Source: an uncultured Clostridia bacterium (lineage in GTDB: Bacteria; Bacillota; Clostridia; Christensenellales; UBA1242). Taken from it: a stretch of DNA of 32,000 nucleotides. The DNA lies in contig CAMOZC010000003.1 in NCBI GenBank assembly GCA_946630785.1, positions 78-32,077 of the forward strand. Direction: 5' to 3'. The stretch's first letter is position 1, and each line of letters starts with the position of its first letter. The position numbers were made by a program, and so were the translations under genes. This document shows, piece by piece, positions 25,838 to 32,000 of this stretch. Under the pieces are notes generated by a model that was given only the letters and a program-made list of their open reading frames with translations, was not told the DNA's origin and did no database searches.

Positions 25838-28393
25838 ATGCATAAAGCAAAAATCAAACAATTTTTATTCATTATTGCTACAATTTTTTATATCACAATT
25901 CCAGCTTTCTTCTTAACGGCTTGCGGTGGAAACAGTAGTGGCGATTCAGATTCGCTTATGAATATTTATATTATGACTGATAATAACCCAGACTTTTTGT
26001 CGCAGACTGCTTATATTGATGAAACATATGGGGTTAGGTTAAGTGATATTCTTCAAAGAGTGTCGTATGTATTTGAATTCAGTAATGGAAAGAAAAAGAA
26101 CAAAGATGAATTAACTGAAGCTGAAATTGAAAAAATCTTAAGTTTGGGAGAGCCAGCTGAAAAGTATTATTTAGGTAGTTATCCAGAAAATGGTGGAGAT
26201 GCCATTTGGACAGAAGTTGAAGAAATTAGTCAGAATATCGTTCTAGATGTTGGTATGTATAAAATTGTTTATATGATTGCTGGACGTGGCTTGGAATTAC
26301 AAATCTCAATTCAGCAATCTGAGGAAGATACAACTAATTTACGTATTTCAGTTGTTCCGAATAGTAGTAGTAGTTATAACAGTAATTCTAATTACAAATT
26401 CGGTTGTCCAACCTATCAAAATTATCAATTTAATCCAGCAACCTACACTTCGGATTATAAAGTACAGGTTTATGATTATAAAACCAATAAAATTGTTTCA
26501 GGTTCAAAAGTAACCAAGGTTTATGCGTTGCCGCAAACCGCACCGGAAGATAATACAATTCAGTCATGGTGGGATGGGGTATCTGATGTGGAAATCCATG
26601 CCGGTGATAATCTAATAATTAAATATGATGAAATTAATTGTGAAAATAGTTATTCAAAAAAATCAATGCAACAAAATTTCTTAAGTTCTTATGTTCAGGA
26701 AATTACCATTACTAATTATAACGATGCGGAGTCAAGTACTTTAATGTACGATGATAGCACCATGGTTGTTAATACTGAAAGTCTTAAACCTGGACGCTAT
26801 TATTTGATTGCTGAATATCATGATGAAAATCATACGGGTGGTTATACAACACCCAAATCATCAAATACATTGGAAGTAAAAAAAGGCGACTTTGTTTGGA
26901 AGAATACAATTCATAAAGATTGTGAAGATTATAATGAGGCAGAAGCAACAAATTTCATTAAAAGTTTAACATTTAATATTGATTATTGGTTTAACACATC
27001 TATTGAGAATCCACTTTTTACAGTTGGAACTGAAAAAGCACTTCCAATGGATTTATTGAAAACTTTAACGATTGACATTAATTCGACTTATCCTGAAATT
27101 GACGACCCACATCAACCGGATGGCAGGAATGTTTGGCAAAATTATATGAATAGTAGTCCAGTCTGCATTGGTGGTCGTGGTGCTTTTGGTTGGTATAAAC
27201 TTGAATTAACTGGTAAAAAGTATCTTGAAGGTAGTACTAATGGAACTACCGTTGTTGGTCTTGATTGTTCGGATATGGAAAATGGAAGTATTAAGCTTCA
27301 AGCTAAAATCAAATTTGATGACGAGTATTCGGATTTAAAAGATTATTACAATGAAGACCAAACCATTTATCCGGTAATTGTAACGCTTCATAAAGGTCGT
27401 GTAAGTAAACCAACAATTAAATATATTGATGGTTTATCTGAAAGAAACGGAAAATATTCGTTTGAATATAATGGGCAGATGCGAAATTTGGAAGTTGAAG
27501 CTGGTTATGAAAATAGTGAAGTACAATTTTTCACAATTTCTGGTGATAGATTAGCCACCAATGTAGGTAATAGTTATACTTTAACTTATAAATTAAAGGA
27601 CAATGTTAACTATGAGATTGATGATTGTGAATCTGATCAGGTTGAATTTAATTGGGAAATTAGAAAGATTACTTTGAATGATGTTAATGAAGAATTCACT
27701 ACAAGTTACTTATATAATAACATTGTTGTTGAAAATGAGTATGGTAATATTAACGATTGTTATATTACTTATGTTCCGGGAGCTGAAAACAAAATTATCG
27801 CCACTGTTTCAAGTGAAAAATATACGATCATAAAAACTGCAGCCGTACAAAATGGTGAAAATGTTAGTATGCAGTATGTGTTTGAAGATGATAATTGTCC
27901 AGGTGTGATTGGTAAACGCATCGTTTTACCCGATGAAGAAAACGGTTTGGTTGATGGTCAGTTTATCTTTGAATTTGATGGATGCGAAAGTGATTCGTCT
28001 TACGTAACGATTCATATCTTAGTTGGTGCAACTTCTGTTTCTGAAAATTATACTTCTCATAATGCACTTCAAATTTTCATTGAAAAATTAGCCTATACAG
28101 AAGAAGAACTTGCTGAAATTTATGGTACATCTTTTGAAAAAAACAATGATAATCATTATACCGCAACGTTCAATATTGTTGTAGATGGTGAAAGAAAAAT
28201 TTCATCAACTGCAGTCCCTGAAGTTTCTACTACACATGGAGTATGGAAAATATATTATGTAGATAATGGTAATTACGTTGAAGTCATTCCTAGTGAGACT
28301 GTATTGCCTGACTTCGTCGGATGTTTAGTGTACCGGTTTGTTTCAAACGATAATATGTATGAAGATATTGGTGATGTTTCTGTAAACATTTGA
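25838..28393 (+). CDS. Large secreted lipoprotein (851 aa) with Ig/MBG-like domains, function unknown
   Basis: Signal peptide with lipobox FFLTACGG; YNGQ...VEAGYENSEVQFF...NVGNSYTLTYKLKDNVNYEIDDC...FNWEIRKI resembles bacterial MBG/Ig-like domains. Confidence 0.75.
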   Translation: MHKAKIKQFLFIIATIFYITIPAFFLTACGGNSSGDSDSLMNIYIMTDNNPDFLSQTAYIDETYGVRLSDILQRVSYVFEFSNGKKKNKDELTEAEIEKILSLGEPAEKYYLGSYPENGGDAIWTEVEEISQNIVLDVGMYKIVYMIAGRGLELQISIQQSEEDTTNLRISVVPNSSSSYNSNSNYKFGCPTYQNYQFNPATYTSDYKVQVYDYKTNKIVSGSKVTKVYALPQTAPEDNTIQSWWDGVSDVEIHAGDNLIIKYDEINCENSYSKKSMQQNFLSSYVQEITITNYNDAESSTLMYDDSTMVVNTESLKPGRYYLIAEYHDENHTGGYTTPKSSNTLEVKKGDFVWKNTIHKDCEDYNEAEATNFIKSLTFNIDYWFNTSIENPLFTVGTEKALPMDLLKTLTIDINSTYPEIDDPHQPDGRNVWQNYMNSSPVCIGGRGAFGWYKLELTGKKYLEGSTNGTTVVGLDCSDMENGSIKLQAKIKFDDEYSDLKDYYNEDQTIYPVIVTLHKGRVSKPTIKYIDGLSERNGKYSFEYNGQMRNLEVEAGYENSEVQFFTISGDRLATNVGNSYTLTYKLKDNVNYEIDDCESDQVEFNWEIRKITLNDVNEEFTTSYLYNNIVVENEYGNINDCYITYVPGAENKIIATVSSEKYTIIKTAAVQNGENVSMQYVFEDDNCPGVIGKRIVLPDEENGLVDGQFIFEFDGCESDSSYVTIHILVGATSVSENYTSHNALQIFIEKLAYTEEELAEIYGTSFEKNNDNHYTATFNIVVDGERKISSTAVPEVSTTHGVWKIYYVDNGNYVEVIPSETVLPDFVGCLVYRFVSNDNMYEDIGDVSVNI

Positions 28394-28446
28394 GATTTGG
28401 TAGAAAATAACTTTTAAAAAGTTTTTTCTATAAAGTCCGTTTAATT

Positions 28447-30144
28447 TTATCTAGCGGTGAATTCAATCTGGGATTTATGTAAGTTGACGTTTAATACTTT
28501 AACGGGTAGCGGGTCACCTATGCGAATTTTGGATTTTTTGCCAATCATTTGCATGGTGCCATCGTGGTAAAGATAATGGTCGTCAGGTAAATTTTCAATT
28601 CGGACCAAGCCCTCGGCTGTGTTTTCAGGAAGATAAACAAATACACCAAAATCAGTAATGCCGTTGACAATTCCGTTAAAGGTTTCACCAATATGTGCTT
28701 GCATGTATTCGGCACATTTTAAGTCGTCAACTTCGCGTTCGGCAGCGACTGCATCTAATTCAGTCTGTGATGATTGTTGACTGGCGGCAACGACAAAGGC
28801 GTTTAAGCGGTCAACTTGTTGACGCGTTAATTGGTTATCAAGATACATTTTGATAATACGATGAATCACTAAATCTGGGTAACGACGGATGGGAGAAGTA
28901 AAGTGACAATAGTAAGTTGCTCCCAGGGCGAAGTGTCCTACGCAATGTGGGTCATATTTTGCCTTTTGCATAGATCGCAAAGCTAAACTTGATACAATGA
29001 TTTTTACATTTTCGTCGGCTATTTGTTCCAGCATGTTTTGATATTGAAAGCCTGTTGGATTTTCAAAATCAATTTGATGTCGTATGTTGAAAGGCGTTAG
29101 TGTACTTAAAAATCGGATGACTTTCAATGAGTCTGGTTTTTCGTGGATACGATAGACGAATGGCAAGTGTAATTTATAACAGTGCTCAGCAACAACTTCA
29201 TTGGCTAAAATCATGAAAGTTTCAATGATGCGATGGCTTAAATTGTGTGGCTGTGAATACACAGATGCAATTTGTCCGTTGCTATCCAAAACAATTTTGG
29301 GTTCAGGAACGTTAAAAGTAATTTCGCCACGTGCTTGACGGTCGTGTTCAAATTTTTGTGTAATTTCAGCCATACGTAACAGCATCGTGCGGTGTTGGTG
29401 ATCTTGTTGCCCATCAAGGATTGCCTGTACTTCGTCATAAGAAAAACGGGTAACTGATTGAATTAAAGATTTTTTGATTTCGTGTTTAACCAAGTTGTAT
29501 TTTTGGTCTAATGTCATTAAAACTGATAATGTCAAACGTGGTTCATTTGGATTTAAAGAGCATACACCGTTGGAAAGTTGTGTTGGCAACATTGGTAATA
29601 CGCGGTCAGGAAAGTAAACACTGGTACCGCGGCGATAAGCTTCTTTGTCTAGTAAACTATCAGCGGTTACATATTCTGAAACATCGGCAATATGGACACC
29701 TAGTGTCATGGTTCCGTCTGGATTATCGACTAAGCTGATGGCATCGTCTAAGTCGCGAGCGTCAGCCGGGTCAACTGTAATAATTGGCAAACCACGTAAA
29801 TCAACGCGGTTATACATGGCTTTTTCAATTTTAAGTTTTGATACGCGTTCGGCTTCTTGTAAAACAGCGGCAGGAAATTCTTGTACCAATTTGTATTTTT
29901 TCATGATACTGTCAATCGTAACTGGTTGGTTTTGATGAGCGATAACACGGATAACTTCAGCATCTGGTTTATCGTTGTGTTTTTTCTTTTTGAATCTAAT
30001 TTCAACGATATCGCCGTCAACTGCGCCGTGCAAATTATCCTTTGCGATGAATATATCATTATCTTGGTCTGGAAGGTTGACAAATCCATAACCTTTCAAA
30101 GTGATTGTTAATTCTCCAGTTAACCGATTTTCTATTTTGCTCAC
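28447..30144 (-). CDS. rnr: Ribonuclease R / RNase II family exoribonuclease, short form
   Basis: DPADARDLDDAISL, GVHIADVSEYV, YFPDRVLPMLP, FTSPIRRYPDLVIHR, C-terminal S1 domain; GTG start. Confidence 0.92.
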   Translation of the reverse strand: MSKIENRLTGELTITLKGYGFVNLPDQDNDIFIAKDNLHGAVDGDIVEIRFKKKKHNDKPDAEVIRVIAHQNQPVTIDSIMKKYKLVQEFPAAVLQEAERVSKLKIEKAMYNRVDLRGLPIITVDPADARDLDDAISLVDNPDGTMTLGVHIADVSEYVTADSLLDKEAYRRGTSVYFPDRVLPMLPTQLSNGVCSLNPNEPRLTLSVLMTLDQKYNLVKHEIKKSLIQSVTRFSYDEVQAILDGQQDHQHRTMLLRMAEITQKFEHDRQARGEITFNVPEPKIVLDSNGQIASVYSQPHNLSHRIIETFMILANEVVAEHCYKLHLPFVYRIHEKPDSLKVIRFLSTLTPFNIRHQIDFENPTGFQYQNMLEQIADENVKIIVSSLALRSMQKAKYDPHCVGHFALGATYYCHFTSPIRRYPDLVIHRIIKMYLDNQLTRQQVDRLNAFVVAASQQSSQTELDAVAAEREVDDLKCAEYMQAHIGETFNGIVNGITDFGVFVYLPENTAEGLVRIENLPDDHYLYHDGTMQMIGKKSKIRIGDPLPVKVLNVNLHKSQIEFTAR

Positions 30145-30165
30145 AGCAAATTATAAGTGTATAAT
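30137..30165 (+). promoter_or_regulatory. Promoter of HEPN-like/CBS gene, predicted leaderless
   Basis: TTGCTC (30137-30142), 17 nt, TATAAT (30160-30165), 6 nt, ATG 30172. Confidence 0.6.
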
Positions 30166-30178
30166 AACAATATGTCAA
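30150..30178 (-). promoter_or_regulatory. Consensus promoter of rnr, predicted leaderless
   Basis: Minus strand TTGACA (30178-30173), 17 nt, TATAAT (30155-30150), 5 nt, GTG 30144. Confidence 0.75.
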
Positions 30179-30909
30179 ACATGTCAAATTTAACAGGAAA
30201 GTCTTTGGGTACGCGTTTTTTGGATGCGTATAACGCAATTGATAAGACTTTACGTACACAATACAATTATAAGACAACGATTTCTTTTTCGGATTTGATT
30301 CGTCGTTGTGCTGATTTAAATTCGGTAATTCGTGGACACGAAAACGATTTGATTAATTTTGCGCGTTTACGCAATGCAATCGTGCATAGTAGTGATAACA
30401 ACAAAGTTATTGCGGAACCGCATTTGGATGTCGTTGAATTAATGGAGAAAATTGCATCATTGATTACGACACCACCATTGGTAATTAATGTTTTGCATCA
30501 ACGTCCAGTAACCGTTATTGATGCTACGCGTAGTCTTTATGATTTGATTAAAGAAACAGGTATTACTGGTCACGGAATGATTCCAGCTTATAAAGGCAAC
30601 ACTTTGATTGGAATTGTGCGTTGGCGCAAATTGATTGAAGATTTGGCAAAAATTTTGGATACAACCGATTTAGATGATTTTATTCGTAAAACCTCAATAG
30701 AGAATTATTTGCGTATGTATCCACAAAGTGGACACTTTACAATTGTCAGAAAAGACATTTCAATTGAACAAGCGTTAACAATCTTTAATAATAACCGTAA
30801 GATTGCAGCCATACTTTTGACAGATAATGGCACCGCCATGGAACGTCCGGTAGGCTTTTTAACCAATGCTGATATTATTGATTTAGTAAAAATTATTGAA
30901 AGTTATTAA
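30172..30909 (+). CDS. CBS-domain protein with N-terminal HEPN-like region
   Basis: C-terminal CBS pair-like region (RPVTVIDATRSLYDLI...GMIPAYKGNTLIGIVRWRKLIEDL...DISIEQALTIFNNN); N-terminal RLRNAIVHS motif. Start at ATG 30172 preferred over GTG 30157. Confidence 0.7.
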   Translation: MSNMSNLTGKSLGTRFLDAYNAIDKTLRTQYNYKTTISFSDLIRRCADLNSVIRGHENDLINFARLRNAIVHSSDNNKVIAEPHLDVVELMEKIASLITTPPLVINVLHQRPVTVIDATRSLYDLIKETGITGHGMIPAYKGNTLIGIVRWRKLIEDLAKILDTTDLDDFIRKTSIENYLRMYPQSGHFTIVRKDISIEQALTIFNNNRKIAAILLTDNGTAMERPVGFLTNADIIDLVKIIESY

Positions 30910-30952
30910 AAATAATGTTAATTTATAATTGCAACTAAAAAAAGGAATAAAT

Positions 30953-32000
30953 ATGAAAAAAGAAACTGCTGTATTTGATTTTAACCATAATTATGAACCG
31001 GCCGATATCCTGGCCAAAATAAAAGAAAAAAACAAAGGCAAACCGAAGTTTAACTTTTTGGATGGTCCTGTAACTGCGAACGCGCCATTGTGTTTGCACC
31101 ATGGTTGGGGCCGTACTTTAAAGGATGCATATAACCGCTATAATTCATTGATTGGTAAAGATGTTGATTACATCTGGGGTTTTGATGCTCAAGGTATGTG
31201 GGTTGAAGTTGAAGTTGAAAAATTATTAGGGTTAAATAATAAAAAAGAAATTACGCAATATGGTGTTGATAAGTTTACCGAAAAATGTATTGAACGTGTC
31301 AATTTCTTTAAAAACCATCAAACCGAACAAAGTAAAATCTTTGAACAGTTAGGTGATTGGGACAATAGTTATATCACTAATTCTGATAAAAATATCACTT
31401 CTATTTGGCATTTCTTGAAAGTTTGTAATGACAAAAAAATGTTGAAACAAAGTTATAAAACCATGCCGTGGTGTCCGCGTTGTGGTACCAGTTTAAGTGA
31501 ACATGAAATGAGTGGTTCTTATAAAGAACGTACTCATAAAGCTGTGTTCGTTAAAGCCAAACTGGTTGACCATAACGAACGTATTTTGGTATGGACAACA
31601 ACTCCGTGGACCTTAGCTGCAAATATGGCCATTGCGGTTAATCCTGAATTTACATATTGTAAATGTGAAGTTAAGAGTGATAAAAATTTATTGATTGTCT
31701 GTGAAAAACAATTAAAAGTTTTGCGTGATGATTTAGTAAAAGTTGTCGAAAAGGTTAGTGGTGCAGATTTGGTTGGCTTAGTCTATGAACCATTCTTGCC
31801 TTTGCAAAAACAACAATTTGAACACAAAATTGTGGCTTGGGATCAAGTAGACGAAATTGATGGTTCGGGTGCTGTTCATATCGCGCCTGGTTGCGGTGCG
31901 GAAGACTTCGCATTGGGTACTAAATTACACATGGAACCATTTATTATTCCTGTTGGGGAAAATGGTGCCTTCTACGATGATTTCGAATGGTTGGCTGGTT
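30953..32000 (+). CDS. ileS: Isoleucine--tRNA ligase, N-terminal part (runs off window)
   Basis: ATG after SD AAAGGA; FLDGPVTANAPLCLHHGWGRTLKDAYNRY, MPWCPRCGTSLSEHEM, WTTTPWTLAANMAIAV. Confidence 0.85.
   Translation, partial: MKKETAVFDFNHNYEPADILAKIKEKNKGKPKFNFLDGPVTANAPLCLHHGWGRTLKDAYNRYNSLIGKDVDYIWGFDAQGMWVEVEVEKLLGLNNKKEITQYGVDKFTEKCIERVNFFKNHQTEQSKIFEQLGDWDNSYITNSDKNITSIWHFLKVCNDKKMLKQSYKTMPWCPRCGTSLSEHEMSGSYKERTHKAVFVKAKLVDHNERILVWTTTPWTLAANMAIAVNPEFTYCKCEVKSDKNLLIVCEKQLKVLRDDLVKVVEKVSGADLVGLVYEPFLPLQKQQFEHKIVAWDQVDEIDGSGAVHIAPGCGAEDFALGTKLHMEPFIIPVGENGAFYDDFEWLAG

Noticed and set aside
28409-28430. Bidirectional terminator between the lipoprotein gene and rnr
   Set aside because: AACTTT/AAAGTT stem is very short and all A/T apart from one C-G pair; too weak to list as a feature, though the T run makes it possible.

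Overview
This is a low-GC, coding-dense window, most consistent with a Bacillota (Firmicutes) chromosome of endospore-forming ancestry; that assignment is inferred from SpoIVFB-like, YtxC-like and SpmA/SpmB homologues. It is essentially a housekeeping region: an MreB-like fragment, an M50 protease, rpsF-ssb-rpsR, murC, rpmE-prmC-prfA, nrdR/ricT/ytxC-like, thrS-rimM-trmD, rbgA-yraN, holB-like/tmk, spmA-spmB, tRNA-Met, tRNA-Phe, rpoB-rpoC-secG, rnr and ileS. Two large proteins have no recognisable family: a ~993-aa protein with C-terminal TPGP...DYDPSA repeats, and an 851-aa lipoprotein. I found no CRISPR array, mobile element, phage module or recognisable defence island. The strongest unusual signal is in gene starts. 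Several genes (rpmE, thrS, ricT, rnr, an HEPN-like/CBS gene, probably tmk) have a sigmaA-type promoter whose -10 box ends only 5-9 nt before the start codon, with no Shine-Dalgarno, which predicts leaderless mRNAs; others (rpsF, ssb, rpsR, rbgA, ileS) have clear SDs. Two divergent pairs have start codons only ~30 bp apart with nested, mirror-image promoters, and two convergent pairs share a single TTAA as overlapping stop codons. All promoter, hairpin and family calls were made by eye and need computational or experimental confirmation.
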